Shown here one piece after another: positions 50,232 to 60,672 of a stretch of 64,000 nucleotides of DNA. The translations under genes were made by a program, and so were the position numbers. The first letter of the stretch is position 1, and the number at the start of each line of letters is the position of its first letter. The notes under the pieces were generated by a model. The model did no database searches and was not told where the DNA came from. It saw nothing but the letters and a program-made list of their open reading frames with translations. Source of the DNA: Gloeobacterales cyanobacterium (lineage in GTDB: Bacteria > Cyanobacteriota > Cyanobacteriia > Gloeobacterales > PMM-0068); NCBI GenBank assembly GCA_038245785.1, contig JBBRSB010000006.1, positions 1-64,000 on the forward strand, read 5' to 3'.

Positions 50232-51167
50232 TTAACGAAGAACACGAGGGGTTTGCCAGCCATCATAGGCAAGTTTCGCATTCCAAGTGCCTAAAAAGTG
50301 ATACCAAAGAACAACCAAACGCATCAAATCTTGAGGCAACTCTTGAGAAGGAGTCTGACGAAAGGAAGCTACAGCTAATCGCAGTAAGGTCTTCAGAGGA
50401 TAAACGACTAAACCTCTGAGCACCTTAATAAAATATTTCCATGGTTGGGGAACAGGTGCCATATCTGAATTATTTGAAGTTAAGTAAAACCAGCCATAGG
50501 CATCCCGCTGAAGCACATAAGTAAAATCTCGAAGTTTGGTACGGTAGCGATGGTAGATAATCCCTTTTTTCCCCTCAAGAATTTTTAGAGTGTACTTATT
50601 TGAACGGATTAAGCGCCAGCTCATTTCAACATCAGGACCAGAGAAGTTATCTTCATCAAATAGACCTACTTCATCAAAGACCTTTTTTCTATACATCACA
50701 TTAGCAGTGATGACATAAGGCTGAACTTCTTTAGATCCCAAACCATGATTGGGGTTGTTGAAAACGCAGCCTTCAAAATAATCAACATAGTTTGTAACTG
50801 CTCGTGGAATAATAACTCCACCTACAGCTCCAACCTGCGCATCATCAAATCCCTGCCAAAGCTCTAAAAGCCAAGTAGGAGTGACTTTGCAGTCTGCATC
50901 GGTGAGAGCAATAAATTCTCCTTTTGCTTTTCGAATGGCCAAATTGCGAGCAGCATAGGGACCAGGCTTAGGTTCCTTTAAAACAGTAACCGGATAAGAA
51001 CAAAGAATTTCTAGACTTGTATCTGTAGAATTATTGTCAACACATAAAATTTCTAAACGATCACGTGGCCATTCTAAAAGCATTAAGGAATCTAGAAGTT
51101 CTGAAATTTCTTGTTCCTCATTAAAGACAGGAACTACAACAGAAATCATAGGTAGAGAGATATTCAT
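50232..51167 (-). CDS. Glycosyltransferase family 2
   Basis: ISVVVPVFN, VDNNSTD, AARN, TDADC. Confidence 0.92.
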   Translation of the reverse strand: MNISLPMISVVVPVFNEEQEISELLDSLMLLEWPRDRLEILCVDNNSTDTSLEILCSYPVTVLKEPKPGPYAARNLAIRKAKGEFIALTDADCKVTPTWLLELWQGFDDAQVGAVGGVIIPRAVTNYVDYFEGCVFNNPNHGLGSKEVQPYVITANVMYRKKVFDEVGLFDEDNFSGPDVEMSWRLIRSNKYTLKILEGKKGIIYHRYRTKLRDFTYVLQRDAYGWFYLTSNNSDMAPVPQPWKYFIKVLRGLVVYPLKTLLRLAVASFRQTPSQELPQDLMRLVVLWYHFLGTWNAKLAYDGWQTPRVLR

Positions 51168-52066
51168 ACAGCTTCAGGTCCAAAGGAAATTGTTTTAGTA
51201 ATGAATTTGCGGGTAAACCGCTCAAAGGCAAACTGTGGAATAGCACGATAGCCTTTCTGGAAGGCATTCCAAGCAGCAGCAGCATGTCCCCTTTTTAGGG
51301 ATGACCACGCCACATCTAACCAACTTAGAGACACGGCCCTATTAACGATGCTTACATGTTGAGCAGCTACTTGGGCAGCCAAATATTCCATAAGCTTAAG
51401 GTTATCTAAGGCAATTTGCAGGTGATCTACCGTCAAACTCCCTGTTCGTCTACGATAAACAGAGAGAGCCTCTGGAAGAAAACCAATTTCCCAACCCTTT
51501 TGGGCAATTTGTAACCATAGATAGTAGTCTTCACCTGTGTAAAAGTTCTCATCGAAACCTTGGCAGTCTCTCATGCACTGCGTTCTTAGAACCACTGAAC
51601 TACTATGTCCTGTCCAATTACGTTCTAAGAAGTCGGCAAATCTCAAAATTTGTTTAGGGGGGGGAGTAAACCAAGGCGATTCAAATCTTTGCACCGGCTG
51701 GTCAAAAAGAATTTGGAACCAGCTAAAACTCATTCCCATAAGAGGAGAGCTCCTCATTAGATTCAAATGCATTTCTAGCTTATTAGGTTGCCATAGATCA
51801 TCTACATCAAGAAAAGCAATATATTCTCCACGAACCAAACTTAGACCATAGTTTCGGGCTGCAGCTGGACCCTGATTCTCTTTATAAAGATAGAGAATAC
51901 GCGGATCACTTAAAGCTTTTACTTTTTGGGCAGTGTCGTCAGTAGAGCCATCATCTATTATGATAACTTCAAAATCCTGGAAGCTTTGAGTAAATACAGA
52001 AGCAAGCGCTTCTTCAATATATTGTCCTGCATTATAGGTAGGAATAATAATACTGATGGTAGGCAT
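51164..52066 (-). CDS. Glycosyltransferase family 2
   Basis: ISIIIPTYN, IDDGSTD, AARN, FLDVDD, GEDY. Confidence 0.93.
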   Translation of the reverse strand: MPTISIIIPTYNAGQYIEEALASVFTQSFQDFEVIIIDDGSTDDTAQKVKALSDPRILYLYKENQGPAAARNYGLSLVRGEYIAFLDVDDLWQPNKLEMHLNLMRSSPLMGMSFSWFQILFDQPVQRFESPWFTPPPKQILRFADFLERNWTGHSSSVVLRTQCMRDCQGFDENFYTGEDYYLWLQIAQKGWEIGFLPEALSVYRRRTGSLTVDHLQIALDNLKLMEYLAAQVAAQHVSIVNRAVSLSWLDVAWSSLKRGHAAAAWNAFQKGYRAIPQFAFERFTRKFITKTISFGPEAV

Positions 52067-52147
52067 GGCTGAATTTAAGTTTATAGAGAACAGGATTTAG
52101 CTGATTATAGATAAAGTAGCAAAATCGTGGATTGGATATTGAAATAT

Positions 52148-53005
52148 TTAAGTCGCTAGAAAGTCAAGCCGGAAAAAGTCCTTACTCCCAAACATTTCCC
52201 TGAAAATTCCTATCCGTTCACTTATCGTAAACTTGAATTGCCCATCATTTTTATAGTAATGCAATTTGCTGCTTGGAACAATGGATTTAAGCCAATCAAC
52301 TCCATCATCTAAATAATGGTAATGCACGAAGTTACTAGAATTAGCATTACGCGCAGCCAAACGAGTTTTTAATCGCAACTGGATCTGCTCAGGGTCTCGA
52401 TATTGATAATGTCTATTTGGAATCCTGTAAGAACACTTCTTATGTTTCTTAGCCCCAATTGGCCTCATATAGCCCCTAGGATTCGCACTATTTATATACT
52501 CTGGCCAGACCAAATCTTCTGTAATCCGAAACAAACGTTGTTCAATGTTGACAAAACGATAGTAACGCCTCCTTTGAGCAATAGGCTGTTCTCGAGAATC
52601 TTTTCCATCCTTATAAGTCTGCCAATCCTTATCTGTAAAATAGAAATTGTATTGAAGTGTATTAATTTGGTCTGCTCCTTCTTTCTCTGCTATAAAAATA
52701 GCTTTTTTGGGATCTTCTGCAAGGAACTCATCAGCATCTAGGATAAAAAACCAATCTCCCACGCTACATTGGTTTCGTACAGCATTAAATACTTGTGCTC
52801 TTAATCCATCATAGAAAGCAACTTTTTCACATCTGAAAGGAATCACTACGGAACTCTCAACCTGGTGAACCTTCGACCAACTGCTATCTGTACTACCTGT
52901 ATCGAAGACATAAATTTTGTGGCAGAACTGACTTGCATAGCTCAGCGTTTGACCAATGATATCTTCTTCATTATTGACAAGACAAACCGCATGAATGCGT
53001 GTCAT
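52148..53005 (-). CDS. Glycosyltransferase family 2-like
   Basis: NEEDII, DTGSTD, LDADEF. Confidence 0.85.
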   Translation of the reverse strand: MTRIHAVCLVNNEEDIIGQTLSYASQFCHKIYVFDTGSTDSSWSKVHQVESSVVIPFRCEKVAFYDGLRAQVFNAVRNQCSVGDWFFILDADEFLAEDPKKAIFIAEKEGADQINTLQYNFYFTDKDWQTYKDGKDSREQPIAQRRRYYRFVNIEQRLFRITEDLVWPEYINSANPRGYMRPIGAKKHKKCSYRIPNRHYQYRDPEQIQLRLKTRLAARNANSSNFVHYHYLDDGVDWLKSIVPSSKLHYYKNDGQFKFTISERIGIFREMFGSKDFFRLDFLAT

Positions 53006-54474
53006 CGGCGAAGTCCTTCAAGTTCAAAGGGCAAGTTTAAAGGATAAGTTTCAGGTTTCGGCAATAATTTCGGCTTTACTTCCTCTATAGGCCATTTCCA
53101 TCCAACTACCGCAATGATAGTCAACCAATAGAAATAGAATGCTGTAGTCTGCCAGTAGTGTTCCGTAGTCATCCCTACTGTGATAGCAGCATAGACAGCC
53201 AGCATTACTAAACATAGTTCTTTTCGAGAAGAGCCAGGTGGCGCTTGACGCCACACATCTGCTATACGTACAAATAGGGCAGTCCACAAAACTAAAAACA
53301 TAAATAGTCCAACTAGCCCTGTCTCAGCTAAAGCTCGAATAAAGTCGTTGTGCGCACCATTATGGAAAGGGGTTAATAATTCTGTAGTCCCCAAACCATA
53401 ACCGAATAAGGGGGAATGTTCCCAAGCTTTGATCAAGTAGCTCCACTGTGCAATACGCCAACTGAAGCTATTGCCATCTACATAGGACAGATTGATAGCT
53501 TTAGAAATACTGAAATCGCCATTTAGTAGAGGAGTTTGCTGTAAAGTATCTAGTCGTTCACGGCCTGCGTCGGTACTTATAAATATACCCAAAGCCAATG
53601 TGATAGCCAGAATCCCTGAAGCCAAACTCTTAAAACTTAAACGCGGCAAGCCAAGTACACCAATCAGCACCAAAATCATGGCAATCCCTGCCAGAGAATT
53701 AGTTTTAAGATATATGAACACCAAAACGCTGATTAGAGCTAACCATCGCTTATGAGCAGTGGTTCGGTACTTCCACCAAGCCAGGCTCCCCATAAGGAGT
53801 AGATAAGCAGCGAAGGTATTGGGATGACCTAAGGTACCATATATGCGGGTGTGACCAAGTTCTTCAAAGGGGCGTAATTCATACCAAATGCTAGTAAGAA
53901 AAGCAGGAAAGTACAGTTGCCCAAAAGCCACACTTATAGGCACGACTAGAGACAGAAGCAAATAGCTCAGCAATTTTTGGCCAGGAATTCTATCCCGCAA
54001 TTGCATGACCAAGACATAAATAGATCCATAGGAAGCGACACGAATCCATTCACGAATCCCTAAGCTAAGAGCTTCCGATTCTTTGGGCAGCCAGCCCAGA
54101 AATGTTGCTAAAGGCCATAGGGCTGTTAGCAAGATCCAGGCAAGGAAGAAGATCATCCACCAATCACTTTTTATTCTTTTATGAAGAAGTAAACAACCCA
54201 TGACATAGCAAATTGTAATCGCATCAATGGCCAAGGCCAAGAGAGATGCTAGTTGATACTTACTAAAAGGGTCCAAGGCGGAGCGAATAATCAACAGGCT
54301 AATTACTGAAAATTCAAATTTCTTGATAAGGAGTACAATCCCGAAAGCGGCTACAATACCTAAGGTGAGCGTTTGAGGTTTTGTCGCAGCAGCGATGCCC
54401 ATAACGACACTGGCCAGTAAGATGAAGGCAGTCCAACGATATTGACTATGTTGTGAAGAGAAGAATATATCCAT
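53002..54474 (-). CDS. O-antigen ligase / Wzy-type polymerase
   Basis: About 12 TM helices, RIYGTLGHPN, PLFGYGLG, AHNDFIRALAETGLVG; ATG at 54474 preferred. Confidence 0.85.
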   Translation of the reverse strand: MDIFFSSQHSQYRWTAFILLASVVMGIAAATKPQTLTLGIVAAFGIVLLIKKFEFSVISLLIIRSALDPFSKYQLASLLALAIDAITICYVMGCLLLHKRIKSDWWMIFFLAWILLTALWPLATFLGWLPKESEALSLGIREWIRVASYGSIYVLVMQLRDRIPGQKLLSYLLLSLVVPISVAFGQLYFPAFLTSIWYELRPFEELGHTRIYGTLGHPNTFAAYLLLMGSLAWWKYRTTAHKRWLALISVLVFIYLKTNSLAGIAMILVLIGVLGLPRLSFKSLASGILAITLALGIFISTDAGRERLDTLQQTPLLNGDFSISKAINLSYVDGNSFSWRIAQWSYLIKAWEHSPLFGYGLGTTELLTPFHNGAHNDFIRALAETGLVGLFMFLVLWTALFVRIADVWRQAPPGSSRKELCLVMLAVYAAITVGMTTEHYWQTTAFYFYWLTIIAVVGWKWPIEEVKPKLLPKPETYPLNLPFELEGLRR

Positions 54475-54481
54475 AGTTAAG

Positions 54482-55570
54482 TTATGAAGAGAAGTAGCGG
54501 TGGAAGTTAGCAAAAAACCCTTGCGGTGAAAGCCAATCTAGCCATAATTGTCGGCAAGCCAGCTGCATATCTTGGAATTCTTGAGGGGATAGGCGAGCGT
54601 GAAATTCACGGATGATATCTCCCAGATGAGGTAGATCTGCTTCTTCAACCCAAACACAGTACTTTTTCCAATCAATATATTGTTCAAAAGGAAGACTACA
54701 ATCGGTATTCACGAAAAGGGGAATACGACCACAGCTTAACGTTTCATAAAAGCGATAGGAAAAATTTCCCCCTCCTCGGGTGCAGAGAACATAGTCACTG
54801 CTGATCATGTTCTCTACAAACTGTTGTCTCGGAGAAATAGACAGGCTGCTACTATGATGAAGTGAATTTCGAATGATGAAGTTACACTGAATCCTAGGCG
54901 TGCGGGAGAGAATATAGAGTGCTTGTGACCGGACTCTGGAACCGTACAACCATGGCAAAGGATGTTTAATGAGCTCAATTCCTGCTCTTGACAATACCTT
55001 GAACATAGTAGGGGTAGCCCCCAGTTTCATCCGCAAGCGGGTTTTCAGCTTGCTTTTAGGATCACATAAGGAATCATAACCACAGTATGCAATCACGGGT
55101 TCGGCACTTTTGGGACGCAGTTTGACATCCCCCTGACAATAACGTTCTACAAAGTCTTCACTCCAAGCCGGAATAACGAATTCATTCGGTTGACAGATAG
55201 AACGAAGCAGTGAGGTGCGAAAAACTAAGCTATTTTGAATCGCGATAGGTGAAGTCGAATCATCTAAGCAAAAAATAACCAGAGGTTTGCCCTGTGTAGA
55301 CGATACTTGCGCCATCTTTTTAGCCGCAGCCTGGGCTATTTCAGGCTGCTTAGATGATTCTGCCCAGTCAAACGGCAATAGTGCAATGTCCGCTGCTTCC
55401 AGAGAAGTCATTTGAAACCATTGGTTGCCCATACTTGTGTAATGGTCATAACGACCACTATTAGGGTTGGTAGAATCTTCATAAGCCTTCCCCCAGAAGG
55501 GGTAAAGCATTACAAAGTGCGGAAGAGAAGGAGGAAGATGATCTCGGGCTGTATAAATATTCAAAGACAT
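54482..55570 (-). CDS. Exostosin (GT47)-like glycosyltransferase
   Basis: SDYVLCTRGGGNFSYRFYETLSCGRIP...LPF...IDW. Confidence 0.85.
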   Translation of the reverse strand: MSLNIYTARDHLPPSLPHFVMLYPFWGKAYEDSTNPNSGRYDHYTSMGNQWFQMTSLEAADIALLPFDWAESSKQPEIAQAAAKKMAQVSSTQGKPLVIFCLDDSTSPIAIQNSLVFRTSLLRSICQPNEFVIPAWSEDFVERYCQGDVKLRPKSAEPVIAYCGYDSLCDPKSKLKTRLRMKLGATPTMFKVLSRAGIELIKHPLPWLYGSRVRSQALYILSRTPRIQCNFIIRNSLHHSSSLSISPRQQFVENMISSDYVLCTRGGGNFSYRFYETLSCGRIPLFVNTDCSLPFEQYIDWKKYCVWVEEADLPHLGDIIREFHARLSPQEFQDMQLACRQLWLDWLSPQGFFANFHRYFSS

Positions 55571-55594
55571 TTGTTTTATACAGGGTTAATTAAT

Positions 55595-56641
55595 TCATGC
55601 CCTTGAGCGGGCTACATCAGTCTGGGAAACATGTTCAGGCAACCGGGAAGAGGGTAGGTCCACCTCAACACATTGGTCTGCACCAACAATAGAGCGAACA
55701 ACAGGTCCCGAAACAGTATGGCGATCTTGCCCTATAGACCAGATAACACTATTAGCAACCCGTGCATCCGCTGTGAGTATTGTGCCATCGCTAATGCAGC
55801 TCAGGCCAGTGACTACGGCTCCAGATTGGATATGACAGTTGCTGCCAATCAAAGCCCTGCCTGAGACGACAGCACCAGGCTCAATAATTGTATCTTTGCC
55901 CACTCGATCTTGTAATAAATCAGGCTGTTCCAGCAAATCCCAATGTGTAGCGAGATACTGCGGCAAAGTCCCCACATCAGACCAGTATGCATCTGTACGC
56001 ATAGCGTAGATAGGGGCTCCCATCGCCAACAACTTAGGAAATAAGTCATGACCAAAGTCAAAAACTTCTCCGACAGGAATATAGTTCAGTGCCTCAGGCT
56101 CAAGAATGTAAATACCTGTATTTGCTAACCGAGATTTTTCTTTTCCTGGAGCCGGTTTCTCTTGAAAGGAAAGGATGCGCCCGGTCTCCTCGGTGACGAC
56201 GATACCAAACCGAGAAGGATCATCAACTTCTTTCACTGCCATGGTAATCAAAGCACCTCTGGACCGATGAAAAGCGAGCATCTGGCTGAGGTTTACATCC
56301 GTTACCACATCACCCGAAACAATGACAAAAGTGCCATCTTTCAAGAAATCAGCTTGCCGACGCACACCACCAGCAGTGCCAAGCAATTGTTCTTCCCAAG
56401 AGTATTGGAGATTTACTCCAAGCTTATTACCATTTCTAAAGGCTTGCTCGATCTGCTCACCCTTGTAGCAAAGATTGGCCATAAAATCCGTAAACCCATG
56501 CGTTCTGCAAAGGCTCATGATCCTAGCCATCACCGGACGGTTCATTACAGGTATTAAAGGCTTGGGAAGGATATCTGTGAAGGGACGCAAACGGGTTCCC
56601 TTTCCTGCAGCCAATATAAATGCTTTCATCAACAACCTCAC
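55595..56641 (-). CDS. NDP-sugar synthase (mannose-1-phosphate guanylyltransferase-like; likely start 56629)
   Basis: ILAAGKGTRLRP, PKPL, GTAGG, FQEKP, WSDVG, C-terminal hexapeptide repeats. Confidence 0.92.
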   Translation of the reverse strand: MRLLMKAFILAAGKGTRLRPFTDILPKPLIPVMNRPVMARIMSLCRTHGFTDFMANLCYKGEQIEQAFRNGNKLGVNLQYSWEEQLLGTAGGVRRQADFLKDGTFVIVSGDVVTDVNLSQMLAFHRSRGALITMAVKEVDDPSRFGIVVTEETGRILSFQEKPAPGKEKSRLANTGIYILEPEALNYIPVGEVFDFGHDLFPKLLAMGAPIYAMRTDAYWSDVGTLPQYLATHWDLLEQPDLLQDRVGKDTIIEPGAVVSGRALIGSNCHIQSGAVVTGLSCISDGTILTADARVANSVIWSIGQDRHTVSGPVVRSIVGADQCVEVDLPSSRLPEHVSQTDVARSRA

Positions 56642-56657
56642 ACAAAAAATAAATTAA

Positions 56658-57719
56658 CTAGAAACCACCAGTGAAGAATCGCAAAAGACCACCAATGCCG
56701 AATAACGGTCCGGCAAAGGTGCCCACGTCATCGGCTAGCTGTTTAGACGCCTTTCGGCCTACAACCACGATGTCTCCACTGCGGACTTGGAAAGCAATCT
56801 TCCCTTCGTTCATATCATTAAGGTTAATTTGATGCTTTTCTAACTTGCCACTAGGAGTCAAGCGAGCCACCTTGATAATTGAGATGTCAGCGTCATTGGT
56901 TGGACCACCTGCCTGAGAGATAGCACTCAGAAGCGTTCCACGGGGGTCCACATCAACAACACCAGCATTTTTAACTTCACCCGTCACTTGCACTTTGACA
57001 GTTTGTGGAGCCAAAGTGCTGCTAGCGACAGCCTGTGCCATCTGTTCTCCAGCTGTGTCACCCTCAGTCAGCTTGGCAATCTTGATTGTGTCACCATCTG
57101 TAAGAGCCAAGTCTTTACTGAAATCTCCAGACTGGAGCGCTTGCCAGAAATCGACCTTTATCTGTTCTGGAGGGACACCATCTCCTTTTTGACGAATCAA
57201 AGTGACATTGCGCATATCGGCTAAAGGTGTAACGCCCCCTGCCAAAGCTAAAGCACCAGTAATAGTTTCCTGTGGACCAGCACCATTCCCACCAGCTCCA
57301 GGCGCCTTTCCACCGCCGCCACCGAAAGTTTGAGGGCCGGGACGACCTACTTCTCCAACGACATTAACTTTGATGGGTCGGGTACCCGCTACGGACACCG
57401 AAACTATCGGTTTGCGCACAACCCCGCTAAGGCGTGATACTAGTTCGTCAGAGAGCTGTTCAGGTGTTTTTCCAGCAGCTCGGATAGCTCCAACATAGAG
57501 GACATTGATAGTTCCATCGGGCAATATGGTTTGGTCTTTGGAAAGTTCAGGAAAGTCGAAGACATCTACATGAATCTGGTCTCCATTACGTAGACGATAA
57601 CCCTGGAGAGTAACTGAGGAATTGAGCGTCAAGGTCCGCTCTTGCCCGCCTTCTGCCCAAGCAGGGCTGGAAAGGCCCATCAATAGACCAACGGATAAAT
57701 AGACAAAATTCTTTTTCAT
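56658..57719 (-). CDS. wza: Polysaccharide export protein (Wza/SLBB)
   Basis: Signal peptide, YRLRNGD...PDGTI Poly_export domain, two SLBB repeats (VxGEV...AGG). Confidence 0.9.
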   Translation of the reverse strand: MKKNFVYLSVGLLMGLSSPAWAEGGQERTLTLNSSVTLQGYRLRNGDQIHVDVFDFPELSKDQTILPDGTINVLYVGAIRAAGKTPEQLSDELVSRLSGVVRKPIVSVSVAGTRPIKVNVVGEVGRPGPQTFGGGGGKAPGAGGNGAGPQETITGALALAGGVTPLADMRNVTLIRQKGDGVPPEQIKVDFWQALQSGDFSKDLALTDGDTIKIAKLTEGDTAGEQMAQAVASSTLAPQTVKVQVTGEVKNAGVVDVDPRGTLLSAISQAGGPTNDADISIIKVARLTPSGKLEKHQINLNDMNEGKIAFQVRSGDIVVVGRKASKQLADDVGTFAGPLFGIGGLLRFFTGGF

Positions 57720-57770
57720 GGTGAAACACCGTTACCGTAAATAAGGTGAATTAGGACTAGCTGATCTTCG

Positions 57771-59915
57771 TTAATCCTTCGCTGGAGGTAACGCAAGAGT
57801 AAGGTCTTTTTCTTTTCCGCGATCGTAATAGTCGTAGCTATAGGCCAGCTCTTTGCGCGCATTAACACCATTCAGAATGACGCCCAAAAGTTGAATATTG
57901 TTGCGCTGCAAAGATTGTTTTACCCTAGCTAGGGGCTCTTGCTCTGAGTAGTCAGGACGGACAACCAGAAGAACTCCTTTAGCCTTTGCCCCAAACAAAT
58001 AGCCATGAGCATGTCCAGCAAGAGGAGGGGTGTCGACAATGATTTGGTCGTAGGAGCCTGACAGTTGTTCCAGTAGTAGATCAAGGACTTGGCTGCTCAA
58101 GAAACCAGCAGAATCTTCAAGAAACATTTGCCCAGCAGTTAACACGTGAAGATTTGGAGTAGCTGTAGGACGAATGTACCGAGTAATAGGGTGGACCTTA
58201 TCACTGCTCTGAAGGCCGGTAGAGCATTGATGAAGCCACTCGGACAGCCCCAGGGAATCTTTCATAGAGAAAATAGTTCCCAAAGATGGCCGAATGAGAT
58301 CTGCATCAACAAGCAAGGTTCGCTGCTGAGCTTGACTCATGGAGAAAGCTAATCGAGTCGCCACCGTTGATTTCCCTTCATTAGGAATAGCACTGCTAAT
58401 GACCGTGAGTGGAATCTGTGACTCATTCCCCTTGGTTAGAAAAAATAGGTTCGTACACAACATACGATAAGCTTCCCGATTCCAGGTGCCCAAAGCATCT
58501 GCTGCGCGGGTCGATACCCATGGCAAGGAAGCAAGAACAGGTAATTCAAGCAATTGCTGAGCTTCCTGCTGAGAAAGAATTTTTCTGCTCAAAGCCTCCT
58601 TGAGGGCTACTACACCCACTGCGGCGACTAGGCCCACCGCCGTACCCGTAGCACCCAGGATGAAAAAGTTGGGCCATACAGGCCTTGTAGGGGCACTCGC
58701 AGGTTCAATAACACGGACGTTAGCAACACCTTGAGCCTCAGCAATCTTTGCCTCTTCTAACTTATTGGCCAACATGTTGTAGGCAGTGCTGTTAACCTGA
58801 ACCTTCCGAGATAGTTGAGCGTAACGCACTTGTCGCTGGGGTAGGTCTCTCACTTTGCTTCCATACTGACTTATAGAAGCTTGCACCGTAGCTAGCTCTT
58901 GAGCTGTGCCACTGCGTTTGACCTCTAGATCTGATAGCTGCGTAGTAAGGTTCTGTGTGATGGGGTCTACCTTCACATTTTTTTGGTCTTTTCTACCTCC
59001 CATCGCCTGAACACGTGCGTTAATGTCAGACTGGAGAGCCTTCCGCTGACGCACCAGCTGTTGCATTTGGGGGCTTTGGTCCCCTAAGCGTCCCGACTGT
59101 TTCGCAATCTCAGCGTCCTGATTAGCTAATTGAATCTTCAATGACTGGATATCTGGGTCTTCACTAATGGCTACCCTAGTTCTAGCTTCAGTAGAAGTTT
59201 TGCCTCCCAGCTGTCTGCGCAAGTCAGCGACTTGTGAGTCTTGAGAATTGAGAGTCGCGCTTAAATTACGTTGCTGAACTTCTAAAGCTGATAGGTTGTT
59301 AACGGCAGACTGAGCTTCAGTAGCGATTTCCACAGAACCCGAAGAACGCTGAAAATTCTGGAGGTCTCTCTCCGCAGCTTTCAAGTTTCTGTCTACTTCC
59401 GGAAGCTTACTCTGAATAAATTCGCGAACCGAAGTAGCTCGTGAACGGTTATTGGTGATCTGACTATTGACAAAAGCATCAGCGACTGCACTGACCACTG
59501 CTTTTGAAGTACTAGGACTACCACTCTTATAGGATAAAACTACGATGTCAGTTCCCAAGACCTGCTTAGTTACAAGTCCTGAACGGATTTGTCCTGAGTT
59601 GAGAAGAGCTCCCGTTTTGGGGTCCCGTGGGGCAGCAGAAGCAATGGCCGCTTTTAAAACAGGCTCTGTCCGCAGGAGTTCTAATTTATTTTCAATAGGA
59701 TTGCTGCCAGCTGAGTAGGCATTCTTATCCACCACTCCTTCGATGCCAGACACTTGAGGTCCACCATCCTGAAATAGAAGCTTTGCTTCAGACTGATACT
59801 CAGCCGGAGTTAAAGCACCTGCAACTAGGCAAGATCCCAGAGCAACTGAGAAAGCCAGGAGGGCCTGAACCTTGTGACGAGCAAAAACGTATGGGAGAGA
59901 AGAGATGTCAGCCAT
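57771..59915 (-). CDS. wzc: Polysaccharide co-polymerase / BY-kinase (Wzc/GumC)
   Basis: Two TM helices flanking a coiled coil; PNEGKST Walker A, DADL, IVDTPP, C-terminal YSYDYY tyrosine cluster. Confidence 0.92.
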   Translation of the reverse strand: MADISSLPYVFARHKVQALLAFSVALGSCLVAGALTPAEYQSEAKLLFQDGGPQVSGIEGVVDKNAYSAGSNPIENKLELLRTEPVLKAAIASAAPRDPKTGALLNSGQIRSGLVTKQVLGTDIVVLSYKSGSPSTSKAVVSAVADAFVNSQITNNRSRATSVREFIQSKLPEVDRNLKAAERDLQNFQRSSGSVEIATEAQSAVNNLSALEVQQRNLSATLNSQDSQVADLRRQLGGKTSTEARTRVAISEDPDIQSLKIQLANQDAEIAKQSGRLGDQSPQMQQLVRQRKALQSDINARVQAMGGRKDQKNVKVDPITQNLTTQLSDLEVKRSGTAQELATVQASISQYGSKVRDLPQRQVRYAQLSRKVQVNSTAYNMLANKLEEAKIAEAQGVANVRVIEPASAPTRPVWPNFFILGATGTAVGLVAAVGVVALKEALSRKILSQQEAQQLLELPVLASLPWVSTRAADALGTWNREAYRMLCTNLFFLTKGNESQIPLTVISSAIPNEGKSTVATRLAFSMSQAQQRTLLVDADLIRPSLGTIFSMKDSLGLSEWLHQCSTGLQSSDKVHPITRYIRPTATPNLHVLTAGQMFLEDSAGFLSSQVLDLLLEQLSGSYDQIIVDTPPLAGHAHGYLFGAKAKGVLLVVRPDYSEQEPLARVKQSLQRNNIQLLGVILNGVNARKELAYSYDYYDRGKEKDLTLALPPAKD

Positions 59916-60628
59916 AAGCGTTCCTTAAAGATAAAGACAGAGAAATTAAATTTGGTTGAGCGCACAAAAGCATCACTTGAGCAGAGGAGAAACATCTCTT
60001 CTCGCTCTAAATGACTGAAACTAGCAGCCACAGAAATATTTGGTCGCTGACGCTAGCTAGAGGAGTAAACGTACTTTATGGATCAGACAAGACAGATCAA
60101 AAATCTAATCTGCCGCAGGGTGAGAATGTTCTAAACGTAATCTAGATACACTAATTCTGCAATCTACCCTCCTCGTGGGGTTGAGGGAGGGAAGAGTAGC
60201 TTGAGCTGAGATCAGGTTGACCATCAAAGCTCGGAGCTTTCTTTCAGGCGTGGTGTAAGCAACAAAGTACTCTAGACTCTAAATTTTTAAGCCATAGAGA
60301 AGAGCTTTAGAGGCGAACACCAAGGCTATTGACTTAAGGTATTTCATCACAGCGTTCTTGCGAGTGGACGGGAAATACTTTCCGGTAAGCATGAGCTTCA
60401 AAGGCTCAGACACCTACATAAAACCTCATTTCACCCTACATACGCCCCTCCCTGAGATGATATCGACCCGTACATATCGCCGATGCAACTGTGCTTCAGC
60501 ATGCAAATTATCGTAATTTATTCAGGCAATTGAAACAAACCGTAAGAGTACTGAACTTTAAGTATCGTACACAATAGCTTGATTCAATATGAAGTTGCAA
60601 TAAATTGTCATGCGAGTTCAGTATGCGC

Positions 60629-60672
60629 AGACTAGCAAAAAGGCTGCTTATTGTGATGTACTCTCCAATACA
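60629..60672 (-). promoter_or_regulatory. Candidate NtcA-activated promoter facing the EPS cluster
   Basis: TGTA-N8-TACA at 60657-60672; on the minus strand TAGTCT (TAN3T) follows 23 nt after the TAC. Confidence 0.4.
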
